A stretch of DNA of 64,000 bases from Eledone cirrhosa. Taxonomy: Eukaryota. The stretch spans positions 179,056,001 through 179,120,000 of the forward strand of contig OZ024741.1 of the NCBI GenBank assembly GCA_964016885.1, in the 5' to 3' direction. The position numbers and the translations under genes were made by a program. The notes below the pieces were generated by a model. The model made no database searches, was not told where the DNA came from, and worked only from the letters and a program-made list of their open reading frames with translations. Positions 42,959-56,296 of this stretch are shown here, piece by piece. Each line of letters opens with the position of its first letter. The stretch's first letter is position 1.

Positions 42959-43268
42959 ATTAAATAAATGGAAACTATATTTATAAAACCATATTTATTT
43001 CGTTATATATATTTCAGGGATATCATATTAACAATATGTTATGCCTTCTTCAGACAAAATACAATATAAACAGTCTTATAAATAAATAGATACGACATAC
43101 CTTTCAATCACCTTGCATTTGGGAGGTTGATTTGGCAGTAAAAAATATTGTGGACCTATAGTTTCCATTTATTTAATATCATAAATATACTCCAAATACT
43201 TGTTGAGTGCTTTTATATCAGTTATAAATATTTACTCGTTGTTAACCCAACAATTTAAATATAACTTT

Positions 43269-43270
<2 letters not shown>
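42955..43270. mobile_element. Tail-out inverted pLTR cassette with hammerhead
   Basis: 42955-42979 is inverted at 43157-43181; related to 4630-5748. Confidence 0.7.
42996..43061 (-). ncRNA. Minimal type I hammerhead motif (CUGAAGA)
   Basis: UAUUUUGU-CUGAAGA-AGGCAUAACAUAUUGUUAAUAUGAUAUCCCU-GAAA-UAUAUAUA-ACGAAAUA. Confidence 0.85.
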
Positions 43271-43316
<46 letters not shown>

Positions 43317-43317
43317 A

Positions 43318-43608
43318 GGAGGTGAGTTTTATTGTAGTACAATAAAGCAATACAGATATCGAATAAGAAGCACTCTACAATTTGTAGGACTGGAGTATAC
43401 ATAATATATAAGATCAAAAGATGGTTAAAAGAGTTCCATGTATTTTATGATATGTTGATTTAAAACTGCACTATCCACAAGTGTTTTTAACCTTCATATC
43501 ATGTCTTCCTATTTTATCTGATGAAAACACAAATGTTATTGCATGATGATATTTGTTATTGAAATGCGCATAATAAAATACATGGAACTCTTTTAACCAT
43601 CTTTTGAT

Positions 43609-43612
<4 letters not shown>
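43318..43612. mobile_element. Tail-out inverted pLTR cassette with hammerhead
   Basis: 43405-43448 is the exact reverse complement of 43573-43616. Confidence 0.8.
43510..43580 (+). ncRNA. Minimal type I hammerhead motif
   Basis: UAUUUUAU-CUGAUGA-AAACACAAAUGUUAUUGCAUGAUGAUAUUUGUUAUU-GAAA-UGCGCAUA-AUAAAAUA; palindromic AUGCGCAU stem III. Confidence 0.85.
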
Positions 43613-43648
<36 letters not shown>

Positions 43649-44884
43649 TAGAGTTGTTTTACGGCTAACTAGTGAGCTATTTTTAGCATTTCTCCCTGTC
43701 TACCAATGTCCACGACTGTCACATTGAACTTATTGGATTGTTTCATAAATTCTACTATATTATACTCCTATATCCAACCTGTTATAACATGTTGCCTTCG
43801 CTCCACCTTTTCTTTACTCAGTACTATACTTCGAGTATTGCCTTTTCGTATCATCCATTTTGTTTCATTTCTTTATTTATTTTCAATTTCTTGAAACGTC
43901 AAGTTTCTTATCTTCTCATAGCATGCAAAGGTAATCGATTTTTGTTCAAAATTTACTAAATGACATTTCCCCGCGCAAATAGCCACTGGTTATCTTGGGC
44001 AGTGACGGGTTATTTATTTATTTATCCATGTATATATCTACTATTTATTTATTCATCAACTAATTTGAAATTATACGGAATTAAATGTCATGTCCAGAAA
44101 TACAAAATACATTTAACGTTGATAGCACAAACCATAATTCACAGATCGCCAGTTAAATCATGTTTTATCCGTTCGCTTGACTATTTCATCTTTAAACATT
44201 GCCATATACAGATAGTATAAATTTTGAGCACCAGTCTGTAATTACTACCTGCCTGAAACAGAGCGCTAATTAAAAAGGAACAACAACAACGATGACGTCA
44301 CTGTAGTGACTATGATAACTACCCAATCACAAAGAATGAATGGTCAAAATTGTAAAGAAAAAAAACCAGTTATGCTGTCTGATGTTCGGAATCTGATACA
44401 TTCGCTGCATTGTCCGTATTACCAGATCATGCCACTTTATTCTAATTGATTAGCGACTTAATTTGGATGAAATAGTTTTAGACAATAGCAGTAATTAGTA
44501 TATTCCGAGCGTTCTGATTATGTCTTACAATTTAGTTCTATTTTGTGCCGCTTGGTATTTAGACCTCTTCTATCCTCGGTCTGCAGACTGCTGCTAAATC
44601 GGGATAAGAATATTACACCTAAAGAAGGAGACATTGAAATGAAATAGCTAATGCAGCGGATATCGCTGGCTGTTCTTTGCAACGACACATTCTTCATCTT
44701 ATCAGGGGTTCCAGGTGAAATCTGTTGTCAAACCAGGGATTTAGAGTTTACCCACTCCCCATTTTTCCTCCACTTTTTTGTTCTGTTTTTCTTATTTTTG
44801 TTTTATAGGTTCTAGATTTAAAAAATGTATTTTATGTAGAGTAACAATGAATATATATATATAAAGAATTATTATTAATATTAT

Positions 44885-45487
44885 AGGGCGGAGGATTGGC
44901 GGTATCGGTAGAAGGTCGGACGCCATGCTTTGACGCATAGAGTTACGTCCCTTGCCATTCTGCGTTCAAATCCCGCCGAGGTTAACTTTGCCTTTCATCC
45001 TTACGGGGTCGATAAAATAAAGTACCAGTAATACACTGGGTAATTGCTGGTCTTGTGCCAAAAGTAGAAACAATTATTATTGTTATTTTGGCAGTATCGG
45101 TAGAGGGTTGGGCGCCATGCTTTGCAGCATACATAGAGTTACGACCCTTTATTGTCTGAGTTCAAATCCCACCGAGGTTAACTTTGCCTTTCATCCTTAC
45201 GTGGTCGGTAAACTAAAGTACCAGTAATGCACTAGGGGCAATTTTATCGACTTTACCCAGCCCCAAAATTGCTGCCCTTGTGGCTAAATCAGAAACCATT
45301 ATTATTAGGCAGTATCGGTAGATGGTCGGACGCCATGCTTCCCAGCATAATTACGTCCCTTTACGATCTGAGTTCAAATCCCGCCGAGGTTGACTTTGCC
45401 TTTCATCCTTACGGGGTCGATAAAATAAAGTACCAGTAATGCACTGGGTAATTGCTGGCCTTGTGCCTAAAGTAGAAACAATTATTA
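44885..45487 (+). mobile_element. Three tandem family 1 tRNA-derived SINEs
   Basis: Each has a TGGCAGTATCGG A box, GTTCAAATCC B box, GCCTTTCATCCTTACGGGGTCGATAAAATAAAGTACCAG core and (ATT)n tail. Confidence 0.9.
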
Positions 45488-46509
45488 TTATATCATTTAT
45501 TTAATCAAAAGATAAATATTATCAGAATGCTGAATTTAAATTCCGGTGGTATGTAATACATTGTTTTTAGCTTTTCCTTAGGTTGTCAGACATTTTTGTG
45601 TTTAAGTGTACCCTATGGGTGAGCCTGATATACACGTATCCTTGATATTCTGTAGGTTTACAGGTGCCACCAATGCAGGTTTAGCGGACTGCTTACAACG
45701 ATGTATCTCATAGGCAGTTTCTCTGGTGTCTTTGTGATAGGGACCCCGGCTCTATATTGTTACAGCTTATGTTTATACAGTTGACTTAGTTGACCTCTGA
45801 TGAAGATACATCTATTAGAAGGTTTCTCAATTTTGTCAATGACAGGTAACCCGGAAGGAGGTGATTGGCAGTATTTGTTCTGGCGGTGGAATAGCAGTAT
45901 TTGTTCCGGCTTTCTGAATTCAAATCCCGCCGAAACCAACTTTGCTTTTCATTCTTCCGAGATCGAGATTGAAATAAAGATCGAGATAATACAGTACTAA
46001 TCAAGTTCTGGGGTGGATATAATCGACTTTCACTTCTCCAAAATTTACTAGCCTTGTTCCTAAAAAAACTCATTAGTGATAAGGACACCGCTCCTAAGGC
46101 GAAAGAACGTAACGCACCGCTTAGTCCAAACCTCTTTCCTCGTCCCCAAAAAACAACAACTAGGCCGCGTGTCTAATAAAGTATAAATGCTTATTCTGAT
46201 AGTATTAATTGACTAACGCTCCGTAATATCGATGTCTGGCCGAAGAGGGACCGCTGGCAGAACAATAGAGAAGAGAATAGTAATAACAGTTGATTGTGTG
46301 ATAGCTAAACTAAATAACAGTTTATCTTCAATTGGCAAATAAACAGGCCGTTCGAATCAGTGAATAGGATAGCAATTCGGTGAAGTGTTACAACATAAAT
46401 CAATCAGAGATGTGTATGTTTGTATGTTTGTATGTAGTTATGTATGAATGTCGGTAAGTAGGTGGGTAGGTAGGATAATATACTGTATATATATATATAT
46501 ATATATATA

Positions 46510-46540
<31 letters not shown>

Positions 46541-46574
46541 AGAGAGAGAGAGATTAGGGATTGTAACGTCAAGT

Positions 46575-46608
<34 letters not shown>

Positions 46609-46945
46609 ACAATATACTCTATTGTGGCTAATTAATGAGACTTGTTACTCTGGAGTTTCACAAGTGATTTCACAGAACCATCAGACAAGCTTCGAAAACT
46701 ATATATATATATATTGTGTAATTGTTTTCACCGCTCCAAATTATGATGTATTATCTTTGTCTTTATCCGTTCTTTGCCAGGGAACGTTTCCACGAACCAA
46801 AGTATCGTCTTCCTGTCTTTCTTCGGTTGCAACGTTTTTTGAAATATTTACTCCTGCGTTCACAGATTGATTTTTTTTAGTTTCAGAAGATCCCGTTAAG
46901 GGTGAAAGCAGCGATTCTTTGCTTAAACTTTAATCTGTTATTTTA

Positions 46946-46994
<49 letters not shown>

Positions 46995-46998
<4 letters not shown>

Positions 46999-47643
46999 TA
47001 TGTATATATACGTACATACATATATGTATACAGACGTACAGTAGTATGTATATATATACATACATGCACACATATATATATGTACGTATGGATTTACCGA
47101 TCATTTATTATAATGCTCGGTTTGTTTGTAAACAAACATCCCGAATTAAGCCGTACAGTGTTTAGCAACCATCGTTGCCATTTTGTTCAACACTGACAAA
47201 GGGACAATATACTAATTTCAAGCTTATTAGCTATCGTCAGCACCGTATACCCTCCTGCCAGATTATTGAACATCTGAAAGTATATACTTTCCTTATGCAT
47301 ATTAACGGCTGAGCAGCCTAATTTTCATATCGCGTGAGTTAATCCGCCGGGCGCACCGAAAACGATAAATGGAAAAAATGAAACGAAATTTCATTTCTCA
47401 CTTTTAGTACGGCTGTTACTTAAATATAAGTATGTATATATACGTACATACATATATGTATACAGACGTACAGTAGTATGTATATATATATATACATACA
47501 TGCACATATATATATATGTACGTATGGATTTACCGAACATTTATTATAATGCACGGTTTGTTTGTAAACAAACATCCCGAATTAAGCCATACAGTGTTTA
47601 GCAACCATCGTTGCCCTTTTGTTCAACACTATCAAAGGAACGA
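46995..47643 (-). mobile_element. Retrozyme-like family X: 1.5 tandem units of 432 bp
   Basis: 46995-47426 is repeated at 47427-47643; hammerhead at 47204-47246. Confidence 0.75.
47204..47246 (-). ncRNA. Hammerhead motif (CUGACGA variant)
   Basis: ACGGUG-CUGACGA-UAGCUAAUAAGCUU-GAAA-UUAGUA-UAUUGU. Confidence 0.7.
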
Positions 47644-48260
47644 CAAGGAACTGACACCGTCTCTGCGTATGCGTTTGTGTGTGTGTTCATGTTTGAGTTT
47701 ATGTGTTTTGGTTTTTGTATTCTATCTTTGTTTACTAGTGTGTGTTTATATCTGTTTGTTGTTATTGTACTTGTGTGTATTTATTTATTTATATTTCCCT
47801 TAAGTCAGTATTGTTTGTTTGGGTATGGTTGTTGTTGATATTCCATTCGTTTTTTTCTGTTTAACTTTGGTTTTCTAAGCTCTATTTCACTTGCTTCTCT
47901 GATTTGCCTGACTGTTGGGTCATTTCTATGTTTAGATATTATTTTAATTTCTATGTTGTCTATATTACTGTCATGTCTTTGTCTGGCGTGTTCGTATAGT
48001 GCTGAACCGTTTTTTGTCCTTTTAGTTCCCCCAGTGTTGGTCTATTCTATCTCCTATGCTTCGAGCTGCCTCGCCTATGTATGTCGTTGTCATGTTTCTG
48101 CCAGTACCCTCTGTACATCTTATACTATAGACTACATTACTAGTTTTACAGTTTATCTACTTTTACAGATAAACTGTAAAGGTATTGGGAAAACGGAAGG
48201 AGAAATAGCAACTACACAGCCACCATATTCTCCATATATTTTATCATGTTTCGCTGTGAC

Positions 48261-48367
<107 letters not shown>

Positions 48368-48859
48368 CCTACCTACTTCGTTACTATCTACTATTCCTCC
48401 TCTTTCTTCCTCTCCCTTTCTCCCTCTCACATTCACTCACCCTTTCTCTTCCTGTCACCTCATTGTTTTGCCTCGCCTGACCTTCCAGCAGGTTTTTCTC
48501 ACTCACACTCGCTTGGGTCAGTCGCCTTTTTCGTTTGATCACACGCTCTCGAACTTATGTTCTGTTACCGCTGTGATCTTGGATTTTCTCCCCAGTTGCT
48601 GCACATTCTTTGGTTTGTTTGTTTTTTTCGGTGTTTTCTCTTTTCCCCTTTTCCCTTCTATTTTCCTTCTCTCCCTCCTCCGTTTTCCCAATAACTTACC
48701 CGGTTATTGAACGCTCTGGGGGTAGATATATTGTCTTTAAAGCGTTGAAAATATCCGAGGCCCTCAGGAGACAACTGACGAGGAAAGCTCCCCCTCCCCC
48801 TGTTCTTGCTTTCTTCTTACTCTCATTCCCTTTTTAAGCCTATATATATATAATATATA

Positions 48860-48937
<78 letters not shown>

Positions 48938-49111
48938 TATATATTATATATATAAATTTTGAGTATATGTTGGTTGTTTACCGACACCTCAGTATGCAGA
49001 TTGGAGCACTCGACGAAGTACGCGGCTTGGTTTGGTTACTCCGGGGTAATGTAAAATAATTAAGTCAAATATTTAAAATATTTGACTTAATTATTTTATA
49101 TATATATATAA

Positions 49112-49392
49112 CGTCTAAAGTCTGTCTTAAGCCAGAAGACTCATTTGGCCGGTGCTTATCCCGGTTTCATGGCGTGAAGCGACTGAGAGTACAAAACTTC
49201 CCCTTGGACAGGATGCCACTCCATCGCAGGGTTAAACCTCCAGCTATTGCTGGTACTCAATTTCAGCTGAGTATACTGGAGAAACGTGAAATAAAGTGTT
49301 TTGCTCAAGAACCCAACACGCAACTCAGGAATAGAACCCTCGATATTATGATCGTAAGTCCAACACCCTTAACACTAGGCGACATGCCTCCA
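49112..49392 (-). mobile_element. SINE family 2 with tRNA head, CORE-like block and LINE-like tail
   Basis: GCCTAGTGTTAAG / GGTTCTATTCC boxes; TTCTTGAGCAAAACACTTTATTTCACG; tail CCTGCGATGGAGTGGCATCCTGTCC. Confidence 0.75.
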
Positions 49393-49402
49393 CATATGAC
49401 TT

Positions 49403-49435
<33 letters not shown>

Positions 49436-49447
49436 ATATATATATAT

Positions 49448-49638
49448 AGGAACGAGTAGGACCCCGACGGCTTAGCTCAAGCCGTTTCGACGGCTAATTC
49501 TGGACAAGAATTAGCCGTCGAAACGGCTTGAGCTCAGCCGTCGGGGTCCTACTAGTTCCTATTACCCATTCTACTACCCTAAGTATTGAGTACTTTGGTG
49601 CGTTATGGTCCACCTGGTTCCTTACCACGTTTCCTTCG

Positions 49639-49640
<2 letters not shown>
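49448..49640. mobile_element. Family Y palindromic pLTR cassette
   Basis: Hairpin 49447-49561 with each arm carrying GCCGTC-GAAA-CGGC...GCCGTC-GGGG; flanked by (TA)n. Confidence 0.85.
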
Positions 49641-49689
<49 letters not shown>

Positions 49690-49840
49690 AATGAAAATAC
49701 TACAGTGCGTTGGAGTAAAACACACTCGTCATATTATAGAAATGACAGTATAGGATATAGCTCAATGTAATACAACAGAGCCGAAAAATTATAAAAATTA
49801 TAAAAATAGACAAAGAAGCCTTCAATACATCAAAAGTCTT

Positions 49841-49892
49841 TATTAGCCTACAATGTTTCGTCCCATTAATAAGGACTCATCAGGGCAATTAA
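49841..49892 (-). ncRNA. Minimal type I hammerhead in the 3' pLTR
   Basis: UUGCC-CUGAUGA-GUCCUUAUUAAUGGGAC-GAAA-CAUUGUA-GGCUA; canonical core. Confidence 0.9.
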
Positions 49893-51684
49893 ACAGATAA
49901 GAAGCATTAACGGCCAGAACCACCCAAAACTCAGAAGAATAGGAAATTCATATCTATGAAAGCTTATGAGAGATATGAAGGAAAAGCATGCTAAAGCTAA
50001 AAGTTTGCATTTACAAAAATAGATTATATGGCAAGGAAGTGAGTAAAATGTCAAACCAACGTAGAAATTACAGTGTGATACAAATACATTGAATACAACA
50101 TGGTAATATAATATGGGAATTACAATACAATATAATGGGTAATAAAGCTTAATATATGCATATATATATATATATATATATCCACATATATATACATTTA
50201 CACAAACACATACTAACACTTAATAAGTATAATTATACTCTTTATAATATAAAATAAAATAAAATAAAAACACCCTGACGGTGCGCTTAAACTATACAAA
50301 AAAATAAACTGTACAAAAAATAAGCTATACAAGAAATAATAAAATAATATAGACATCAAAAATATACACATCAAAAATATACAGAACTACATCAAACATA
50401 TCACTTAATTGCAACTAGTTGTATATAAAGTTATACACAGGGCAAGAAAAAATATCTTAATAAAACTGGAGTATGTTGAAATATATATATATATATACAT
50501 AAATACATAAGTACATAAAGTATTGATAATAAGTATATATGCAGTATACATTTATAAAATATTACAAAGTATTATAAAATATAACAAAACAGTACCTTAA
50601 AAATCAGACATAAAATAATACGTATAATTCCATTACATAGAAATATGATATATAAATATTAATATTATAATGATAAATTATATAATAATATAAAAATATA
50701 AAAGCAGACTGGCTGAGTCAATTGAAAATGTTTAAGAGATATTTACGCGAATGATATATTATATTAATATAGGGAGGCAAGTTATTATGTAAAGCATATT
50801 ATAGGAAGACAAAGCAGCAAGTGGTAGTGAAGAAGTAATGATGATGATGATGATAGGACGACAGACATCAAGTGGTAGTAAAAAAATAAATAAAATAAAA
50901 TAAAATAAAACGAAGAACAAAAACAAAAAACAAAAACAAGCACAGTACGTAGGTATAACGATTCATTATGTAAATATAGAAGGTATTATTATTCTAAACT
51001 AAAGAGTTGAATAGAAAACCTTATTAAAATAATTAATATTAAAATTGCCTAAAGGATATTATTAGTAAGTCTAAATGGAATAAATTTTAAGTCATCAAAG
51101 TCGTATAAAATTAGGATATTTTAATAAAAACTATAATATAAGATCAGAAGAATTACGTTATCAAAGAAAAAACTCCAAATAAAACTATGGTAGACCAATG
51201 GGAACAGAAAGAAGTGAAACTATGGAGGATAGGAAGGATCATAAAAGTAAAAGTTAATATATAATATAAATGTTTCTACTTTTAGGCACAAGGGCCAGCA
51301 ACTACCCAGTGCATTACTGGTACTTTATTTTATCGACCCCGTAAGGATGAAAGACAAAGTCAACCTCGGCGGGATATAATATAATAAGTACAAAAGTAGA
51401 ATTAATATATAATATAATATAATAAAAAGGGGCGAATATGAAGTGTGTAAAGGAGGAGGTACATAAGTTTTAGATGTAGGAGACTCAAAATTAAACTATT
51501 CAATAAGATACAAACTTATTAGGCGATAATATTGAGTAAAAATGTAATGTTTAAGATGATAGATATGGTAAGGTAGCTAATACGACTATGAAAACTAAAA
51601 TTCGAAAATCGAAACAACCGTAGAAACTTAATAATAATGGTAATAAAAATGAACTAAAACCAAAGAGATAGGGAAATATAGCAG

Positions 51685-53870
51685 CTAATGGATACGGTTT
51701 AAACTACCGGAACTTTTAGGTCTATAATAGAAGAAAGAATTAGAAATGGCATGCGGACAGGAAGAAAATATCTCAAATTTTCTATTAAGCAATGTGCTCC
51801 TAGAGAAAATTATAGAATGGGTCTCTAGGATACAAAGATTACAGAATTTAGTGTGTGTTGATAGGTGATTAGAGTGTGCTACTATTCGCCAAATAAGGCT
51901 ATATGGTATACCAGCCCCATTTAAATCCCAGATATGGTGTGCCAAAGAAGTAGAGTTCTTAAACTTGATATGCTTAAAATTAGAAATATGCGAATTAAAC
52001 CTAGTTTTAAAAGTATTAGATGTGGAGCCTATATATGTACTACAAGAAGAATTAGTCCTAACTTCACAAGCATAAACAATGTTGCTAGAGAGACAGTGAC
52101 CATTTAAAGGGCAGTTATTACTTACTCTACAGTTACACTTCCGGGTACTAGTGACTAGCTGATTACGCGATGCATTATTCCTAGGGTTATTATAAGATAA
52201 GATTTGCTCAGGCGGTAAATTATCAATAGAGCTATCTAGATTAGTAGTACGCAAAGAGGAGTAGCTATCCCTAATTTTCCTATTGTTAGTGCTAGCTAGA
52301 TGAGAATTAATGTTAGGGGTGGTAGAGAAGGAGAGTTTAATTACGTTTTTATTAAATATACCATGATATTTATTAGTAGGAGGGAAATTTTTCTCTAAGA
52401 TAGAAAAGAAAGACCTAGGGATATTAGTTAATACTTCATGATCAAAAGGCGGGTTAAAGTAAGTATTGAGTCTCCTCCTATTCCTACCTTTACTATCTCT
52501 ACCGTAATCTGGTATCCTATTAATAGGATCAGGGTTAATATGAGGATCAGTTGAATTAACACTATTAGAAGCAGTTAAAACATTACCACTGGGTGAACGT
52601 TCAGAGCGCCTATCCTGCTCCCTAGAACTGATCTCGATATGCGTACCCTTAGACTCACTAATCCGACTACTATTTCGGTAGCTAAACTTAGGGTTCCGTT
52701 TGGATATATCTATAATATTTCTATGATTCCTATGTTTTCTACTCCCATTCAAGGCCATATTATGGGATATTATGTTATTATGTTATTAAGGGCGGTGGAT
52801 TGGCAGTATCGGTAGAGAGTCGGACACCATGCTTTTAAGCATAGAGTTACGTCTCTTTATGATCTGAGTTCAAATCCCGCCTAGGTTAACTTTGCCTTTC
52901 ATCCTTACGGGGTCGATAAAATAAAGTACCAGTAATGTACTGGTAATTGCTGGCCTTGTGCCAAAAGTAGAAACAATTATGTTATTATGGGTAATCGGAG
53001 TCATTTCAAGGTTGTCCTCCTTATAATGTATTTTACCAGAGTAACCTGAGTTAGCTAGGGCGTTATTATAATACTCTGCATGTGAATTAAAGATTCCTAT
53101 ATCCTTAGAGAGTGTGGAGATTCTATTAGATACACCATTAATTATAGAACTAATCATAGATTTAGGGTGGTTGGAATTGGGATTAACGTAAGAGAGTGTC
53201 TCATTAGGCTTGTGGAAGGGTTTATAACTATTAGTGACCAAGTCCAATGTCACATCTAAAAAGTTGACTGCTCTATTATTCTTATCAATCGTGATCGAAA
53301 GGTTAACATTTTTAAAAAATTTATATAGTTTCTTCCTATTATGCTCAATGTTATTAGTGCTAAACGATAAAGTCCCCCTTTAAGGTGCGGAAAGCTAGCA
53401 TACAGTTCGTTCAAGAGGAACAGCCCAACAAGGTCAGTTACCTGGGCCGAATCACTCGAACCCATTGTAACGTCAAAGTTGTTGGGTGTGTTTTTACGCG
53501 TCCAAAGAGTATCTTCGAATTTGATTATAGTCCTACGTGCGGCTAGTATAACATCTATCTGGGGTCGCGTAAGACTAGACATTCTCATGGCCATAATTAA
53601 GGCCTTATTAAGGAGGATAGGTAAAATCGACGTGTAATAGGCGTCAATATCAAACTGGATAAACCTACTAGACTCAAGTTTATTGATACCAGAGAACCAA
53701 TCAATAACATCCACAGTATTCCCCCATAGATTAAAATGAACCTTTTCCCTAACGGTAGGTATAATCAGGTCAAGAATTTTCTTACTAATTATAGCTATAT
53801 CAGACTTAGAAGGACTGATAAGTCTAACAGTAGGATTACTTAAGAAGTCTACCTTATGATCCTTAAGTGT
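51685..53870 (-). pseudogene. PLE pol: reverse transcriptase plus C-terminal GIY-YIG endonuclease, disrupted
   Basis: LKDHKVDFLSNPTVRLISP; FDIDAYYTSI; FDVTMGSSDSAQV; GLYR(DD) lost by frameshift; YVNPNSNHP; FNPPF; CNCRVSNNCPL; IVY...YIG; CNLC; LLNR; SCPH. SINE inserted at 52789-52980. Confidence 0.92.
52789..52980 (+). mobile_element. Family 1 SINE inserted in the PLE ORF with a 12 bp TSD
   Basis: ATTATGTTATTA at 52777-52788 and 52976-52987. Confidence 0.9.
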
Positions 53871-54182
53871 GAATCTCGGTTCCCTAGGGTGATATGGTTG
53901 GGTATATTAATATATACATATATTAAGCTTTATTACCCATTATATTGTATTGTAATTCCCATATTATATTACCATGTTGTATTCAATGTATTTGTATCAC
54001 ACTGTAATTTCTACGTTGGTTTGACATTTTACTCACTTCCTTGCCATATAATCTATTTTTGTAAATGCAAACTTTTAGCTTTAGCATGCTTTTCCTTCAT
54101 ATCTCTCATAAGCTTTCATAGATATGAATTCCCTATTCTTCTGAGTTTTGGCTGGTTCTGGCCGTTAATGCTTCTTATCTGT

Positions 54183-54235
54183 TTAATTGCCCTGATGAGT
54201 CCTTATTAATGGGACGAAACATTGTAGGCTAATAA
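54183..54235 (+). ncRNA. Minimal type I hammerhead in the inverted 5' pLTR
   Basis: Same motif as 49841-49892; predicted cut after GUA at 54226. Confidence 0.9.
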
Positions 54236-54266
54236 AGACTTTTGATGTATTGAAGGCTTCTTTGTC

Positions 54267-54369
<103 letters not shown>

Positions 54370-54639
54370 ATATGTGGAGGATAGAGAATAAAGAATAAGG
54401 AATGGAGGATGAGACAATGGAGGTGATGCGACTATAGAGAGAAGGGGAAAGAAAGGTTGGGGGATTCAAGATGTTGATTTAATGACCTGTTGGTAAGTTG
54501 ACAGTTAATAACAGTGGAGTGATGTTAGTACATCTAAATCCGGGTGATTTTGACTGAATACTGAGATCGCGAGATTGAATTATGCCTCCCTTGTCTCATC
54601 CTCGAATCCTTACTCTTTATTCTCTATCTAAAATCACAC

Positions 54640-54930
54640 GAGCCAGGAAGGAATCGAGCCAACTGTGAGATGGCTCTAGCACCACAAACTCCACGGTACA
54701 TTTCCAATAAGTATGGCTGAATTTCCAAGTCAGGTGGCGTACTGAGCAGACATGGTAAAATGCATGAAGACACACCCCAGCCGGTATTGCCAGGAGACAT
54801 ACAGTTCAAGTCTCACATCTGTGAATCTAGCTGTAAGGCAAATGCGGATCTGAAAGGTGAGCTGCGTACACATGATTGTGCAATGTTCAATGAAGAGAGC
54901 ACTCTTCTGACACGAAGTCTCAATCAGCAG
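54640..54930 (+). mobile_element. Decayed RTE-type 3' end with C2H2-like motifs
   Basis: [12 protein letters not shown] and [21 protein letters not shown] resemble CxxCxRxCxSxxGLxSHxRxH. Confidence 0.45.
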
Positions 54931-54936
54931 ATATTA

Positions 54937-54976
<40 letters not shown>

Positions 54977-54981
54977 TAGTG

Positions 54982-55012
<31 letters not shown>

Positions 55013-55065
55013 GTAAGTATGTATGTATACGTACATACATATATGTATACAGACGTACAGTAGCA

Positions 55066-55125
<60 letters not shown>

Positions 55126-55551
55126 CAGGTACACATACATATATGTACGTATCAGTTTAGCGGACGCTTATTATAACGCCCGCTTTGTTCGTTTGTAAAC
55201 AAACTGAACAGCCTGAATTTATGCCGTACGGTGTTAAGGCAACCACGTCATCTTTTTGTTCAACACTGACACAGGAACGATGTACTAGTTTCAAGCTTGT
55301 TAACTATCATCAGCACCGTATACCCTTCTGCCAGATGGTTGAACGTTCGAAAGTATATACTTTCCTTATGAAAATTAACGGCTGAGCAGCCTAATTTGCA
55401 TATCGAGTGAGTTCGGCCAGGCGTACCGAAAACGTTAAGTTGTAATAAAATGAAAACGAAATTTCATTTCTCACTCTTAGTACGGCACTTACTTAAATGT
55501 AAGTATGTATGTATACGTACATACATATATGTATACAGACGTACAGTAGCA

Positions 55552-55629
<78 letters not shown>

Positions 55630-55788
55630 CAGGTACACATACATATATGTACGTATCAGTTTAGCGGACGCTTATTATAACGCCCGCTTTGTTCGTTTGT
55701 AAACAAACTGAACAGCCTGAATTTATGCCGTGTAAGTGCCGTACTAAGAGTGAGAAAAGAAATTTCGTTTTCATTTTATTACAACTTA
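55013..55788 (-). mobile_element. Retrozyme-like family X: 1.5 tandem units of 486 bp plus a 57 bp inverted 5' piece
   Basis: 55013-55498 is repeated at 55499-55731. 55732-55788 is the inverse of ~55435-55492. Hammerhead at 55277-55319. Confidence 0.8.
55277..55319 (-). ncRNA. Minimal type I hammerhead motif
   Basis: Identical to 42027-42069 on the opposite strand. Confidence 0.85.
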
Positions 55789-55891
55789 TATATATATATA
55801 TAAATATATATATCTTCTTCTTTTAGCCCACTTATTCCTGGGAGGGACGTGGGAGCAGAGTCCTTATACACTCCCTCCAGTTAGTCCTGTC

Positions 55892-55927
<36 letters not shown>

Positions 55928-56001
55928 AAGGAGTGCGGGACTGCGTCCAGAATATATTTTTTTATCCCGTTTGTAAAATAAGTTGGATTACTTTCAATAA
56001 A

Positions 56002-56296
56002 TAATTGTTTCTACTTTAGGCCAGCAAATACCCAGTGCATTACTGGTACTTTATTTTATCGACCCCCGTAAGGATGAAAGGCAAAGTTAACCTCGGCGGG
56101 ATTTGAACTCAGATCATAAAGGGACGTAACTATGCTGGAAAGCATGGCGTCCGACCCTCTACCGATACTGCCAATCCACCGCCATTACTTTCAATAAATT
56201 GGTTGACTTTGCCTTTCATCCTTACGGGGTCGATAAAATAAAGTACCAGTAATGCACTGGGTAATTGCTAGCCTTGTGTCTAAAGTAGAAACAATT
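56002..56296. mobile_element. Full family 1 SINE (-) plus 5'-truncated SINE (+), back to back
   Basis: Consensus matches; a 16 bp sequence is repeated three times around them. Confidence 0.85.

Noticed and set aside
44885-45487. tRNA genes
   Set aside because: A and B boxes belong to SINE heads; there is no complete cloverleaf, and SINE core and tail follow.
49866-50219. Duplicated hydrophobic 117 aa ORFs (also 53856-54209)
   Set aside because: Incidental frames through the T-rich pLTR copies.
55400-55445. Second, antisense hammerhead in family X (CCGAAAACGUUA^AGUUG, coinciding with end site B)
   Set aside because: No CUGANGA core or stem I partner upstream, and the motif is not conserved in the 47 kb copy.
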